A DNA stretch of 64,000 bases. Origin: a phage. The stretch lies in the sequence record PZ862964.1, one strand, 5' to 3'. The notes under the pieces are model-generated. The model was not told the DNA's origin. It made no database searches and worked only from the letters and a program-made list of their open reading frames with translations. Below, one piece after another: positions 19,543-29,760 of this stretch. The first letter of the stretch is position 1; each line of letters begins with the position of its first letter. The position numbers and the translations under genes were made by a program.

Positions 19543-21315
19543 TTAATTAACTCCAGTCGCATCAAATACACCAGGAGCAGTCGTGCTCGTTACGGGTGTC
19601 ATATTATGAACGACAGTATTTTTCTTAATAACATTATTAGTATTATTGATTGAAGGAGATGCTTGTTGAACAGGAGCTTGCTGTGCTTTGTTCTTTTCAA
19701 TCACCTGGACTTGTTTCGCTTCTGGTGATTTAGCAGAAGTTTCAGGTTTGGCATTAGGCTGATTTTTCTTGAGCTCTTGATAAGTAGCATCAATTTTAGA
19801 AAATCTAGCAGCAAGTTCTTTTTTAACTGCCGGTGAATTATTTAAATCCGGGTCATCCATCCGTTTTTTAAGGTCTTCATAGGCAGCTTCAACTGATTTA
19901 ACCGTTGAGTCTTTACTCATATCAGCTGAATCAGCATATTTTTCAAAACGATTCATAGCAGCACGAGCTTCATTAGCTTTCATTAAAGCAATTTTAGCTT
20001 CCTCTGGAGAAAGCTGCTTTAATTTTTCTTCTTCCTCTGCTCTCTCTTCATCAGTTGTTAGTGCTTCTTTATTATCTACACCACGAATCCAGTTAGATGC
20101 ACGAGTTTTCCAGTTCGCAATTTTGTCTAATCCTTTTGCTATCGGGCCAAGGTCTCCATTCATTCTTTTGTACTGATAATTTGCAACTTTTTCCTGGTCT
20201 TCTTTATTGAGAGATGCTCCAGTAGTATTTTGGAAATTTTCCAGTGCTCTTCCTTCTACTTCATCAGCAGTGTCTTTCATGCCAGGAATGACTCGAAGAA
20301 TTGCAGCAGATAATTTAGCCATGCCTAATTGAATAAGCTCTCCTAAATTAAAAAGAACACTTCCGAGTCCTTCTATGATAGCTGCCGTCAATCCGCCCCA
20401 GTCTCCCTTTTCCCAAAATTGTTGAATTTTATCAATAGAACCAAAGATGCTCTGTAATAAAGGACCCCATGTTCCGGTTTCGCTAGAGAATTTAGTAAAG
20501 TTTGCACTAAACAAGTCCCAGGCTTGTGAAAATTTACCTGACCAGTATTTAAAGTGAACCATCAAAAGGTCTATTCCAACAACAACAGCCAGTATCATTG
20601 CAGTCATTTTAGCAGCTTCAATAGCAGCACTGACGGTGTACTTAAATAGCATGCTTGATATTTTATCAGTAATTGAAATAGATTTCTTAAATCCAAAATC
20701 AACTGTCTTTGTTAATTTATCTAAAGCTTGAGATAATTTTAAGTTAAATGCTTCTTTTTTCTGTTTTTCTTCTGGTGATTCTTGCTTTGGCTCAACTGGC
20801 TGAGGGGTCGGGAAAAAATCAGCATCAGGATCATTATTAACTGCTTCAGGAGTCGGTAATAAAGGACCCACAGATTCAGCAGTATCATCCTCAACGACTT
20901 TAACAGGAATAGCGCTTTCAACTGTGGCTAAACTAGTTCCAGTCTGTTGAATTCCAGCTGTCTGAATTTTTTGCTCTAGTAAACTTGTTAATTTATCTAA
21001 TTTGCTTCCGAGTGATTCACCGATTTCTTTATTAATATTGTTGCCAATTTCGACAGTTTCAGCAATTAACTCAGAACCGGCAGTAGTATCACTCACTGCG
21101 CTTTCTACGTTACCAATTGCTCCAACTATTTCATTCGATTTTTCTTCGACAGTTTGAGCTATTAATTCAGAAGCAGCTTGAGCATCATCCAATTTCGTAG
21201 ATATATCATTAAGTCCAGATAAAGTGTTAGAAGCGGATTTAGCCGCTTCCTGTGTTGGTTTATTATCTGAAATAACTTTTCTACGCATCGTTTGCATTTC
21301 TTGTGGCTTTTTCAT
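19543..21315 (-). CDS. 29: Tail length tape-measure protein gp29
   Basis: 590 aa, matching T4 gp29 length; helical/low-complexity composition; synteny. Confidence 0.85.
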   Translation of the reverse strand: MKKPQEMQTMRRKVISDNKPTQEAAKSASNTLSGLNDISTKLDDAQAASELIAQTVEEKSNEIVGAIGNVESAVSDTTAGSELIAETVEIGNNINKEIGESLGSKLDKLTSLLEQKIQTAGIQQTGTSLATVESAIPVKVVEDDTAESVGPLLPTPEAVNNDPDADFFPTPQPVEPKQESPEEKQKKEAFNLKLSQALDKLTKTVDFGFKKSISITDKISSMLFKYTVSAAIEAAKMTAMILAVVVGIDLLMVHFKYWSGKFSQAWDLFSANFTKFSSETGTWGPLLQSIFGSIDKIQQFWEKGDWGGLTAAIIEGLGSVLFNLGELIQLGMAKLSAAILRVIPGMKDTADEVEGRALENFQNTTGASLNKEDQEKVANYQYKRMNGDLGPIAKGLDKIANWKTRASNWIRGVDNKEALTTDEERAEEEEKLKQLSPEEAKIALMKANEARAAMNRFEKYADSADMSKDSTVKSVEAAYEDLKKRMDDPDLNNSPAVKKELAARFSKIDATYQELKKNQPNAKPETSAKSPEAKQVQVIEKNKAQQAPVQQASPSINNTNNVIKKNTVVHNMTPVTSTTAPGVFDATGVN

Positions 21316-21845
21316 TCAAATAATCCAATAATATTGCCAATTCCAGTTATTGGACCATTAGGGCCAGGAATTGCTAAAGTTGTAAAAATATCATTTGCCC
21401 ATTTTAAAACGAATGCTGGCATCTCAAGAAAATTAATTTCTTTAACTTCATCGTTGACCCTAAGTAAGCATTTAGATAACATATCGCTCACCGTTAAAAA
21501 TTGTTCAAATTTTCCAGGAGGTCTAAAATAAAATGTATTTCCTTGGTATTGAAATTCCAATCTTTGGCATACATAAACATCATTAATGTCATAAGTATAA
21601 CCATCTATTTCTTTACGAGATTTAATCTTTCCATTAAATTCCAATAAATGAATAGAAACGAAATCAACTTCTGCCGGTGATAAATTCGGACAAATAGAAT
21701 CAATAAGAAGTTTTAAATTTTCATCAGGACCTTTAACATCTTTTAAAATGTTATAATGTTTAAGACCCATTTTAGGAATAGAAACTTCTTTATTGCTTAT
21801 TGGAAGAACTACTTTCTTCAGTGGTAGTATCAGATTTAAATTCAT
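21312..21845 (-). CDS. 28: Baseplate hub distal subunit gp28
   Basis: 177 aa, matching T4 gp28; overlaps gp27 3' end in ORF track. Confidence 0.8.
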   Translation of the reverse strand: MNLNLILPLKKVVLPISNKEVSIPKMGLKHYNILKDVKGPDENLKLLIDSICPNLSPAEVDFVSIHLLEFNGKIKSRKEIDGYTYDINDVYVCQRLEFQYQGNTFYFRPPGKFEQFLTVSDMLSKCLLRVNDEVKEINFLEMPAFVLKWANDIFTTLAIPGPNGPITGIGNIIGLFE

Positions 21846-22965
21846 TTTTAACCTTAACTGGGTCTATTGTTTCCAGTTTCGTTGCATTAGTGAACATATA
21901 TAGATGAGTTACTGAATTATTATTGGATAATTCATGGATAACTTCATCAACGTAAAATTCTGTTTTAAATTGGTTTTTACTATCATTAAAAATAATTTTA
22001 ACACCAGGAGTCAAGTTAAAATTACCGACAGTAGAACATTTAGCATAGCCGTCATATTGTGCCATAGTTTGAAGACGAATAGCTTCTTCATATCCATTCC
22101 TATAAGTCATTTCAGAATAAGCACCTGACCTTGACACTACAATAGAGTTTTCACCCTTTCCTGTAGTAATCATTGGCAATGAAGAATCTAAAAATGAATG
22201 AGCATAGATAGTAGCATTTTTCATTGGGTCACGTTTGTGAGGATTCGATTTAGTCAACCAAACGAAATCATATGCTAATGGATATTTTAATTCTTGGACA
22301 AATTGACCTATTAAAGATGGCTCACCGACAATCATTGGATATGGTTCTTGATTTATCATCATATCATAGTCCATCATGTTAACTCCCATGATGTCTTGCC
22401 ATACAAATACAAATTTGTCGCTTCCTACAGCTAGAGCAACTTCTCTTACATATGACAAATAGTTTTCAAATGTGCTAGTCCATGGAATATCAGGAACATA
22501 AGCATTTATAGCATTTATTGCTGGAGTTAATAATGTGCGATCCTGATAAATGACACCAAGCATTTCTTTTATAGATTCACCTGCATCAGGGAAAAATGGT
22601 CGACCAAATTTAAGATTTTCTATAGAATGAATAGTTCCCAATTCAATAGCAATGATGTTATCACCTTTTGAATCTACTGACACGGAAAAATGCTTACACC
22701 CATAAATTCGTGTTTTAACATTATTAATATCATTTGCATTAGCTACAGAAATCTGAATTATTTCATTTCCATCCATTTTTGTGTGGATATTTTTAGAATC
22801 ATAAAACTGCAGCATTCCTTCATTTCGGCCATAAAGAGAATCCCGCATAGTTAATGTGGTAATAGTAGCAGCTAATTCAACAAATCTATTATTACTCCAA
22901 GCGTCGTAGCTATCAAATAATTTAACGCTGAGATTTGGATATCCGGGGCGTTGCAACATACTCAT
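21790..22965 (-). CDS. 27: Baseplate hub subunit gp27
   Basis: 391 aa, matching T4 gp27; synteny. Confidence 0.88.
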   Translation of the reverse strand: MSMLQRPGYPNLSVKLFDSYDAWSNNRFVELAATITTLTMRDSLYGRNEGMLQFYDSKNIHTKMDGNEIIQISVANANDINNVKTRIYGCKHFSVSVDSKGDNIIAIELGTIHSIENLKFGRPFFPDAGESIKEMLGVIYQDRTLLTPAINAINAYVPDIPWTSTFENYLSYVREVALAVGSDKFVFVWQDIMGVNMMDYDMMINQEPYPMIVGEPSLIGQFVQELKYPLAYDFVWLTKSNPHKRDPMKNATIYAHSFLDSSLPMITTGKGENSIVVSRSGAYSEMTYRNGYEEAIRLQTMAQYDGYAKCSTVGNFNLTPGVKIIFNDSKNQFKTEFYVDEVIHELSNNNSVTHLYMFTNATKLETIDPVKVKNEFKSDTTTEESSSSNKQ

Positions 22966-23714
22966 TATTGTTTATCCTTCTCAATCAGTTTTAATACGAA
23001 TCCGCGCTCAGCAGGAATCATTTTCATTATTGAATTTAAGCTATAATTACTTTTTACGAGTGTGTGATTAATTTGATAAAAAGTAAATATCTCATCCGGG
23101 TTAACTAATAGCTTAAACACGTCTACTATATCAGTGTATTTTTTAATGTACTTATTACAACATGACATATGTAAAGTTAAATTAATAGGATTCATTGCAT
23201 CGAGAATTTTTTCTAATGTTTCTATCTCGATGGCATCAACAAGTTCTATTTGGCTTGATTCACTAATTTCCTTCCAATCATACCAAATTTCATCTACTTG
23301 AACAGAATGAATATTTTCAGTAATCATCTTTGCTTTATTTTCATAAAACTCAGAAGGAAACTTTAATTTAATTTTAACATTAGCTACATCAAAAACAGGT
23401 TCCTTTAATTCTTTTTGATATATTTCAAATGGAACTGTCTTTTCTTTTTTACATTTTGGACATACAAATGTGACCGGTACTTTAGTTTTACCTATCGACC
23501 CTACAAATACCTGCAAAAATATAAATGGTTGCCAAGTCTTCGGATAGTCTCCAAAATAATCATCAATTAAATCAGTAATTATTTCTTTTTGTTCTTGTGG
23601 TGACCGATGTTCTATATCGTTTCGAACTAACAAAAAATCTCGATAATCTTCTACCGTAAATGGTTTAAAACGATGAACACCATCTGGTAATTTACAACGA
23701 ATAATGTTTGCCAT
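22965..23714 (-). CDS. 51: Baseplate hub assembly catalyst gp51
   Basis: 249 aa, matching T4 gp51; synteny. Confidence 0.85.
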   Translation of the reverse strand: MANIIRCKLPDGVHRFKPFTVEDYRDFLLVRNDIEHRSPQEQKEIITDLIDDYFGDYPKTWQPFIFLQVFVGSIGKTKVPVTFVCPKCKKEKTVPFEIYQKELKEPVFDVANVKIKLKFPSEFYENKAKMITENIHSVQVDEIWYDWKEISESSQIELVDAIEIETLEKILDAMNPINLTLHMSCCNKYIKKYTDIVDVFKLLVNPDEIFTFYQINHTLVKSNYSLNSIMKMIPAERGFVLKLIEKDKQ

Positions 23715-23731
23715 AGATGCTCCTTTTATTC

Positions 23732-23743
23732 TATTTATAAATA
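23732..23743. promoter_or_regulatory. Divergent overlapping late promoters (TATAAATA on both strands)
   Basis: ctatttataaata: tataaata on + (23736-23743) 22 nt upstream of gene 26 ATG; tataaata on - (23739-23732) 18 nt upstream of gene 51 ATG. Confidence 0.65.
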
Positions 23744-23764
23744 TGATAAATAAAGGAGCTAAAT

Positions 23765-24391
23765 ATGTATGAATACAAATTTGATGTGAGAGTTGGTTCT
23801 AAAATAATCAATTGTCGCGCATTCACGCTTAAAGAATATCTAGAACTTATTACTGCCAAAAATAATGGTTCCGTAGAAGTAATTGTTAAAAAGCTAATCA
23901 AAGACTGCACAAATGCAAAAGATTTAAACCGCCAAGAATCAGAACTATTGCTGATTCATTTATGGGCACATTCTCTTGGCGAAGTTAATCACGAAAACTC
24001 CTGGAAGTGCACCTGTGGAACTGAAATACCAACCCATATAAATCTATTACATACACAAATAGATGCACCAGAAGACCTCTGGTATACACTGGGTGACATT
24101 AAAATTAAATTCCGATACCCTAAAATTTTTGATGATAAAAATATAGCACACATGATAGTATCATGCATAGAAACGATTCATGCTAACGGGGAAAGCATTC
24201 CAGTTGAAGACTTAAATGAAAAAGAACTGGAAGATTTATATTCTATCATCACAGAGTCAGATATTGTAGCTATAAAAGATATGCTTTTAAAACCTACTGT
24301 TTATTTGGCTGTTCCAATTAAGTGTCCAGAGTGTGGAAAAACCCATGCTCACGTAATAAGAGGCCTCAAAGAGTTCTTTGAGTTACTATAA
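23765..24391 (+). CDS. 26: Baseplate hub subunit gp26
   Basis: 208 aa, matching T4 gp26; RBS aaggag; divergent from 51. Confidence 0.85.
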   Translation: MYEYKFDVRVGSKIINCRAFTLKEYLELITAKNNGSVEVIVKKLIKDCTNAKDLNRQESELLLIHLWAHSLGEVNHENSWKCTCGTEIPTHINLLHTQIDAPEDLWYTLGDIKIKFRYPKIFDDKNIAHMIVSCIETIHANGESIPVEDLNEKELEDLYSIITESDIVAIKDMLLKPTVYLAVPIKCPECGKTHAHVIRGLKEFFELL

Positions 24392-24789
24392 TGTCAAATA
24401 TTAATAAGCTTTATTCTGACATTGACCCGGAAATGAAAATGGATTGGAACAAAGACGTTTCCAGATCGCTTGGATTAAGGTCAATTAAAAACAGTCTTTT
24501 GGGAATTATTACAACAAGAAAAGGTTCAAGACCGTTTGACCCTGAATTTGGATGTGATTTATCAGACCAGCTTTTTGAAAATATGACTCCTCTTACTGCT
24601 GACACAGTTGAGCGCAATATCGAAAGCGCAGTAAGAAACTATGAGCCACGTATTGATAAATTAGCAGTTAATGTGATACCAGTTTATGATGATTATACTC
24701 TGATAGTAGAAATACGCTTTTCGGTCATCGATAATCCTGATGATATTGAGCAGATAAAACTGCAACTGGCTTCCAGTAATAGAGTATAA
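24391..24789 (+). CDS. 25: Baseplate wedge subunit gp25
   Basis: 132 aa, matching T4 gp25; synteny. Confidence 0.88.
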   Translation: MSNINKLYSDIDPEMKMDWNKDVSRSLGLRSIKNSLLGIITTRKGSRPFDPEFGCDLSDQLFENMTPLTADTVERNIESAVRNYEPRIDKLAVNVIPVYDDYTLIVEIRFSVIDNPDDIEQIKLQLASSNRV

Positions 24790-24815
24790 TGCTTCACGTA
24801 TAAACGTGGTATAAT
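24788..24815 (+). promoter_or_regulatory. MotA-dependent middle promoter upstream of uvsY
   Basis: aaTGCTTca MotA-box-like (24788-24796), 13-nt spacer, tataat (24810-24815). Confidence 0.55.
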
Positions 24816-24855
24816 GAATCTAAGTCCATCCAATAACAATTGAATAGAGAACAAT

Positions 24856-25269
24856 ATGAGATTAGAAGATCTTCAAGAAGAATTGAAGAAAGATGTGTTT
24901 ATAGATTCGACTAAATTGCAGTATGAAGCAGCTAATAATGTGATGTTATATAGTAAATGGCTTAATAAGCATTCAAGTATTAAAAAGGAAATGCTTAGAA
25001 TTGATGCACAGAAAAAAGTTGCTCTTAAAGCTAGATTAGACTACTACTCGGGACGAGGAGATGGTGATGAATTTAGTATGGATCGTTACGAGAAATCAGA
25101 AATGAAAACAGTTCTATCAGCTGATAAGGATGTTTTAAAGGTTGATACCTCGTTACAGTATTGGGGGATTTTATTGGATTTCTGTAGCGGAGCTCTTGAT
25201 GCTATTAAATCACGTGGATTTGCTATTAAGCATATTCAAGACATGCGAGCATTTGAGGCTGGAAAATAA
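24856..25269 (+). CDS. uvsY: Recombination mediator UvsY
   Basis: 137 aa, matching T4 UvsY length; position between 25 and uvsW. Confidence 0.88.
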   Translation: MRLEDLQEELKKDVFIDSTKLQYEAANNVMLYSKWLNKHSSIKKEMLRIDAQKKVALKARLDYYSGRGDGDEFSMDRYEKSEMKTVLSADKDVLKVDTSLQYWGILLDFCSGALDAIKSRGFAIKHIQDMRAFEAGK

Positions 25270-25493
25270 TGAGATATAGCATTGATGATGCTTTTAATTA
25301 TGAAGAAGAATTTGAAACTGAGATTCAATTCTTAATGAAAAAGCATAATCTTAAGCGTCAGGATATTCGTATCCTGGCCGACCACCCGTGTGGTGAAGAT
25401 GTCCTTTATATTAAAGGAAAATTTTCCGGATATCTTGATGAATATTTTTATTCTAAAGATATGGGCATTGATATGCATATGAGAGTTGTATAA
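25269..25493 (+). CDS. Hypothetical small protein (T4 uvsY.-1 position)
   Basis: 74-aa ORF, ATGA overlap with uvsY. Confidence 0.6.
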   Translation: MRYSIDDAFNYEEEFETEIQFLMKKHNLKRQDIRILADHPCGEDVLYIKGKFSGYLDEYFYSKDMGIDMHMRVV

Positions 25494-25496
25494 ATA
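25489..25496 (+). promoter_or_regulatory. Late promoter TATAAATA
   Basis: Exact tataaata 26 nt upstream of ATG 25522, with RBS gaggag between. Confidence 0.5.
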
Positions 25497-25521
25497 GATA
25501 TATAATTCAGAGGAGACAATC

Positions 25522-25689
25522 ATGTCAGATAAGATTTGTGTTGTCTGTAAAACTCCAATCGATTCTGCATTGGTTGTTGAAACAGACAAAGGTCCTGTAC
25601 ATCCTGGGCCTTGCTATAATTACATTAAAGAACTACCAGTTTCAGAAAGTTCGGAAGAACAATTAAATGAAACACAACTTTTGCTATAG
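25522..25689 (+). CDS. Small Cys-containing protein (CxxC...C), not in ORF track (55 aa)
   Basis: ATG 25522 preceded by RBS gaggag; MSDKICVVCKTPIDSALVVETDKGPVHPGPCYNY...; ends TAG 25687-25689; followed by hairpin and T-run. Confidence 0.55.
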   Translation: MSDKICVVCKTPIDSALVVETDKGPVHPGPCYNYIKELPVSESSEEQLNETQLLL

Positions 25690-25712
25690 TGTGACCTTTA
25701 GTCTATAGTTTT

Positions 25713-25741
25713 GGCCCTTCCTTTTTGGTTGGGCCTTTTTT
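25713..25741 (+). terminator. Probable terminator between convergent genes
   Basis: Imperfect stem ggcccttcc / ggttgggcc followed by tttttt. Confidence 0.5.
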
Positions 25742-25744
25742 AAT

Positions 25745-25987
25745 TTAAAAGCTTTCTTCTACTTCATCGTCTGAATCTTCTAATTCAGCTCTTTTTCCTG
25801 CCAAAGCATCTCTCACAGAGATGTCATCAGTATCTTTTAATTCAGTTTCTTTAACTCTTTTCTTATAATAAGCTTCAAGTTCTTCTAAACCTTCTAATGT
25901 TTGACAAGAGGCAATTTTACCCATAAATTCATCAATAGAAGCTTCATAAAGAAATTGTTTAAATTCTAGTAACATCTTTTTCTCCAA
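25745..25987 (-). CDS. Small acidic protein downstream of uvsW (T4 uvsW.1 position)
   Basis: 80-aa ORF on - strand immediately after uvsW. Confidence 0.65.
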   Translation of the reverse strand: MEKKMLLEFKQFLYEASIDEFMGKIASCQTLEGLEELEAYYKKRVKETELKDTDDISVRDALAGKRAELEDSDDEVEESF

Positions 25988-25988
25988 A

Positions 25989-26000
25989 GGGCCGAAGCCC
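25989..26000 (-). other. GC tetraloop hairpin between uvsW and downstream ORF
   Basis: gggc-cgaa-gccc; no adjacent U-run, so more likely an RNA stability/processing element than a terminator. Confidence 0.4.
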
Positions 26001-27512
26001 TTATAAATTAACTGTTTTCATTACGTAATTGAATTTTTCATCTGCGTAGCGCTGAATACGATCAATGCCGTGTTTTAAAAGATAGTTCAAATGAACATAT
26101 TTCTTTTTCGTATTAGCAGATTTTGGCTTAACACCACAATCATCTATGAGGTCCCAGACTGTTGCTATTGTCTTAGAACCATGCTTACGTAATACACGAC
26201 CGATTGTTTGTAATACAATGATTTTTGATTTAACACCGTGCGCTAAAACAACGTGATGCAGATTTTTAACTGAAATACCAGTAGAAAATACGCCATAACT
26301 CGCTACTATAATTATTCCTTTACCATTTTCAGCTAAGGTTTTCATTATATTGCGGGTTTCGGTATCAACTTCCCCTGATACGTAATAAACTTTATCATAT
26401 TCATTTTTAATTAAATCGAAAATAGCTTTACCATGCGATACATGTTTAAACATGACAAAAGCGTTTTCATCTTTTTGCGCAAGCTTAATAGCTAATTTAG
26501 CGATCCATTTATTTCTTTTACTGAGCCCAGTAATAATTTTTATTTCTTCTTGGTAAGTTTTTCCCTTTAATTTAGTAGTGAACTCATCGGGATAGCGAAG
26601 AAAAATACTATTAATTTTTAGCTCAGTTACTTGTCCATCTTCCATTAATTTAGAAGTCGTTACTGGTTTAAATATTTCACCAAACATTCCAACATACTGC
26701 ATGATATTGGCTTTGCCATCACGTAATGAACCTGATAGACCAAATTTAAACATGCAGTTATTTAAACCTGATATGATAGATGAAATACTTTTTCCTGTAG
26801 CAAGATGGCATTCATCATTCATCATCATTCCAAACTGTGAGAACCATTCTTTTGGTTGTTTTACTACAGTTTGCCATGTACCAACAACGACTGGTGCATC
26901 ATTTTTATATTTATCATCTTTTGATGCTCCGCCACCAATTTTCTTTATCATTGCATGACTGAATAAACGATAGTCAACAAAGTCATCAGCCATCTGAGTT
27001 GTTAGAGCAGTTGTTGGAACAATGATAAGAATTTTACCTTCATAATTTTCCAAATAATATCGCGCAAGCAAAGCTTGAATTAAAGATTTACCTGCAGATG
27101 TTGGAAGATTAAGAATTCTACGACGATTAACTAATCCTTCGAACACTGCATCTTTTTGATACCAGTGCGGTTCAATTCTTTTATTTCCTGAATAGATTTC
27201 TAATTTAGAAAGCCATTCATCAAAATCTTTTCTTGATAATTCTTCTTTTTCGTTAATTTGTGGATCAATCCAGGCTTTATAGCCAAAATTATCACAGAAC
27301 TTTTTAATTTGCCCGACTAAGCCGAATGGAAGAAGACGATTATAATCTAAAAGACGGATTCGTCCATCCCAGTGGCCATATTTGTATTTCGGATTAAAAC
27401 GATACCCATCAGCTTCAAAGCTAAAGAAATCACGGAGTTCATGAAATGTACTTTCTTCACAATCAATTCTCACGTGACTAAAATCATAAAAATGTACTTT
27501 AATGTCAGTCAT
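26001..27512 (-). CDS. uvsW: UvsW RNA-DNA / DNA helicase (SF2)
   Basis: 503 aa; helicase motifs (NLPTSAGKS Walker A, DECH box MMNDECHLATG); matches T4 UvsW length. Confidence 0.9.
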   Translation of the reverse strand: MTDIKVHFYDFSHVRIDCEESTFHELRDFFSFEADGYRFNPKYKYGHWDGRIRLLDYNRLLPFGLVGQIKKFCDNFGYKAWIDPQINEKEELSRKDFDEWLSKLEIYSGNKRIEPHWYQKDAVFEGLVNRRRILNLPTSAGKSLIQALLARYYLENYEGKILIIVPTTALTTQMADDFVDYRLFSHAMIKKIGGGASKDDKYKNDAPVVVGTWQTVVKQPKEWFSQFGMMMNDECHLATGKSISSIISGLNNCMFKFGLSGSLRDGKANIMQYVGMFGEIFKPVTTSKLMEDGQVTELKINSIFLRYPDEFTTKLKGKTYQEEIKIITGLSKRNKWIAKLAIKLAQKDENAFVMFKHVSHGKAIFDLIKNEYDKVYYVSGEVDTETRNIMKTLAENGKGIIIVASYGVFSTGISVKNLHHVVLAHGVKSKIIVLQTIGRVLRKHGSKTIATVWDLIDDCGVKPKSANTKKKYVHLNYLLKHGIDRIQRYADEKFNYVMKTVNL

Positions 27513-27541
27513 GTCTAAATACCATGTAATAAATATATCTA

Positions 27542-27549
27542 TATTTATA
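27542..27549 (-). promoter_or_regulatory. Candidate late promoter for uvsW
   Basis: tatttata on + (tataaata on - strand) 30 nt upstream of uvsW ATG (27512). Confidence 0.4.
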
Positions 27550-27562
27550 CTGAGGAAATATT

Positions 27563-28243
27563 ATGATAGATAAAGATTATATTGCAGAGCTGAAGGCTCT
27601 TGATGATAATAAAGAAGCTAAAGCTAAATTAGCTGAATATGCTGAACAGTTTGGTATAAAGGTCAAAAAGAATAAATCTTTTGATAATATCGTTGTTGAT
27701 ATTGAAGAAGCCCTCCAGAAGCTCGCTAGTGAACCTATGCCGGAGACTGATGGGTTATCTATTAAAGACTTAATTGATGCTGCTGATGCTGCAGAGGGGT
27801 TAAAATATGACGATGAAGAAGTCAATCCAGAAGCAGCACTTCTGATTGATTCTCCGGTTAAATCTGACATTAAAATTGAAGTAGTAGAAACGGATAAAAT
27901 TCCTGAAAATACCGATGTTTTGATTGAAGATACTCCTTTTGTTGAAGAAAAATTTGAACAGGCTGTAGCTGAGATTATTGAATCTGAAAAGCCGTCTGTA
28001 TTTACTCTTCCAGAAAACTTTAGTCCGAATCTTCAACTGATTGGAAAAAATCCAGGATTCTGTACTGTTCCTTGGTGGATTTATCAATGGATTGCTGAAA
28101 CTCCGGATTGGAAATCTCATCCAACAAGTTTTGAGCATGCGTCAGCACACCAAACTTTATTTAGCTTAATTTATTACATTAATCGTGATGGATCAGTTTT
28201 AATTCGTGAAACACGCAATTCTTCTTTCGTAACATTAAAATAA
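27563..28243 (+). CDS. inh: Inh, inhibitor of prohead protease
   Basis: 226 aa, matching T4 Inh length; position between uvsW and hoc. Confidence 0.8.
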   Translation: MIDKDYIAELKALDDNKEAKAKLAEYAEQFGIKVKKNKSFDNIVVDIEEALQKLASEPMPETDGLSIKDLIDAADAAEGLKYDDEEVNPEAALLIDSPVKSDIKIEVVETDKIPENTDVLIEDTPFVEEKFEQAVAEIIESEKPSVFTLPENFSPNLQLIGKNPGFCTVPWWIYQWIAETPDWKSHPTSFEHASAHQTLFSLIYYINRDGSVLIRETRNSSFVTLK

Positions 28244-28252
28244 GGATAACTT

Positions 28253-29671
28253 ATGGCTTTTACAGTTGATATAACTCCTAAAACACCGACAGGGGTTATT
28301 GATGAAACTAAGCAGTTTACTGCTACACCCAGTGGTGAAACTGGAGGCGGAACTATTACATATGCTTGGACTGTAGATGATGCTCCACAAGATGGAGCTG
28401 AAGCAACTTTTGATTATGTATTAAAAGGACCTGCTGGACAAAAGACTATTAAAGTAGTTGCAACAAATACAGTTCCAGAAGCTGAAGCTGAAACAGCAGA
28501 AGCTTCTACAACTATCACAGTTCAAAATAAGACACAAACGACTACCTTAGCTGTAACTCCTAATAGCCCTGACACTGGAGTAATCGGAACATCTATTGAA
28601 TTTACTGCCGCTTTAGCTTCGCAGCCATCGGGCGCAAACGCTACTTATCAATGGTATGTAGATGATTCTCCTGTTGGAGAAGCAACTTCTGCTACATTCA
28701 ATTACACTCCTGCCGAAAGCGGGGTAAAAAGAATTAAGTGTGTGGCTCAAGTAACCGCAACAGATTATGATGCACTAAGCGTTACTTCTAATGAAGTGTC
28801 ACTGACTGTTAATAAAAAGACACAGACAACTACTTTGGCAGTAACTCCCGATAGTCCTTCAGCTGGAGTAATTGGAACCCCAGTTCAATTTACTGCTGCC
28901 TTAGCTTCTCAACCAGTTGGAGCGTCTGCTACGTATCAGTGGTATGTAGATGATTCACAGGTTGGTGGAGAAACTAACTCTACATTTAGCTATACTCCAA
29001 CTACAAGTGGAGTAAAAAGAATTAAATGCGTAGCCCAAGTAACCGCGACAGATTATGATGCAAAGGAAGTTACTTCGAATGAAGTATCATTAACGGTTAA
29101 TAAGAAGACAATGAATCCACAGGTTACATTGACTCCTCCTTCTATTAACGTGCAGCAAGATGCTTTGGCTACATTTACTGCTAATGTCACTGATGCTCCA
29201 GAGGAAGCACAAATCGAATACTCATGGAAGAAAGATTCTTCTCCAGTAGAAGGGTCAACTAATGTATACACTGTTGATACATCATCTATTGGAAGTCAAA
29301 CTATTGAAGTTACTGCAACTGTTACTGCTACTGATTATGATAGCAAAACTATCACAGCAGAAGGTCAAGTTCAGGTAACTGATAAAGTTGCTCCAGAACC
29401 AGAAGGTGAATTGCCTTATGTTCATCCTCTTCCACATCGCACTTCAGCTTACATCTGGTGCGGTTGGTGGGTTATGGATGAAATCCAAAAAATGACCGAA
29501 GAAGGTAAAGATTGGAAAACTGACGATCCAGATAGTAAATACTACCTGCATCGTTACACTCTTCAGAAGATGATGAAAGACTATCCAGAAGTTGATGTCC
29601 AAGAATCGCGTAATGGATACATCATTCATAAAACTGCTTTAGAAACTGGTATCATCTATACCTATCCATAA
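28253..29671 (+). CDS. hoc: Hoc, highly immunogenic outer capsid protein, with one extra Ig-like domain
   Basis: 472 aa; MAFTVDITPKTPTGVIDETKQFTATPSG... and C-terminal capsid-binding region (YVHPLPHRTSAYIWCGWWVMDEIQK...) match T4 Hoc as recalled, but T4 Hoc is 376 aa. Confidence 0.88.
   Translation: MAFTVDITPKTPTGVIDETKQFTATPSGETGGGTITYAWTVDDAPQDGAEATFDYVLKGPAGQKTIKVVATNTVPEAEAETAEASTTITVQNKTQTTTLAVTPNSPDTGVIGTSIEFTAALASQPSGANATYQWYVDDSPVGEATSATFNYTPAESGVKRIKCVAQVTATDYDALSVTSNEVSLTVNKKTQTTTLAVTPDSPSAGVIGTPVQFTAALASQPVGASATYQWYVDDSQVGGETNSTFSYTPTTSGVKRIKCVAQVTATDYDAKEVTSNEVSLTVNKKTMNPQVTLTPPSINVQQDALATFTANVTDAPEEAQIEYSWKKDSSPVEGSTNVYTVDTSSIGSQTIEVTATVTATDYDSKTITAEGQVQVTDKVAPEPEGELPYVHPLPHRTSAYIWCGWWVMDEIQKMTEEGKDWKTDDPDSKYYLHRYTLQKMMKDYPEVDVQESRNGYIIHKTALETGIIYTYP
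28526..29098 (+). repeat. Tandem in-frame duplication of an Ig-like domain within hoc (2 x ~95-96 codons)
   Basis: Protein residues 92-186 and 187-282 are ~85% identical (NKTQTTTLAVTP...VKRIKCVAQVTATDYDA..VTSNEVSLTV repeated). Confidence 0.85.
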
Positions 29672-29675
29672 TCAT

Positions 29676-29700
29676 AAGGGGCTTCGGCCCCTTTCTTCAT
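29676..29700 (+). terminator. Rho-independent terminator after hoc
   Basis: aaggggc-ttcg-gcccctt hairpin followed by tcttcattttt. Confidence 0.75.
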
Positions 29701-29760
29701 TTTTAAAGCACGCAAAACACAATCAGAAAATGATGTATATAATGGCACCAACTCGATAAC

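Noticed and set aside
28526-29098. Possible CRISPR-like or VNTR repeat array
   Set aside because: Only two long (~285 bp) in-frame copies that encode protein domains of Hoc; no short direct repeats with unique spacers anywhere in the window.
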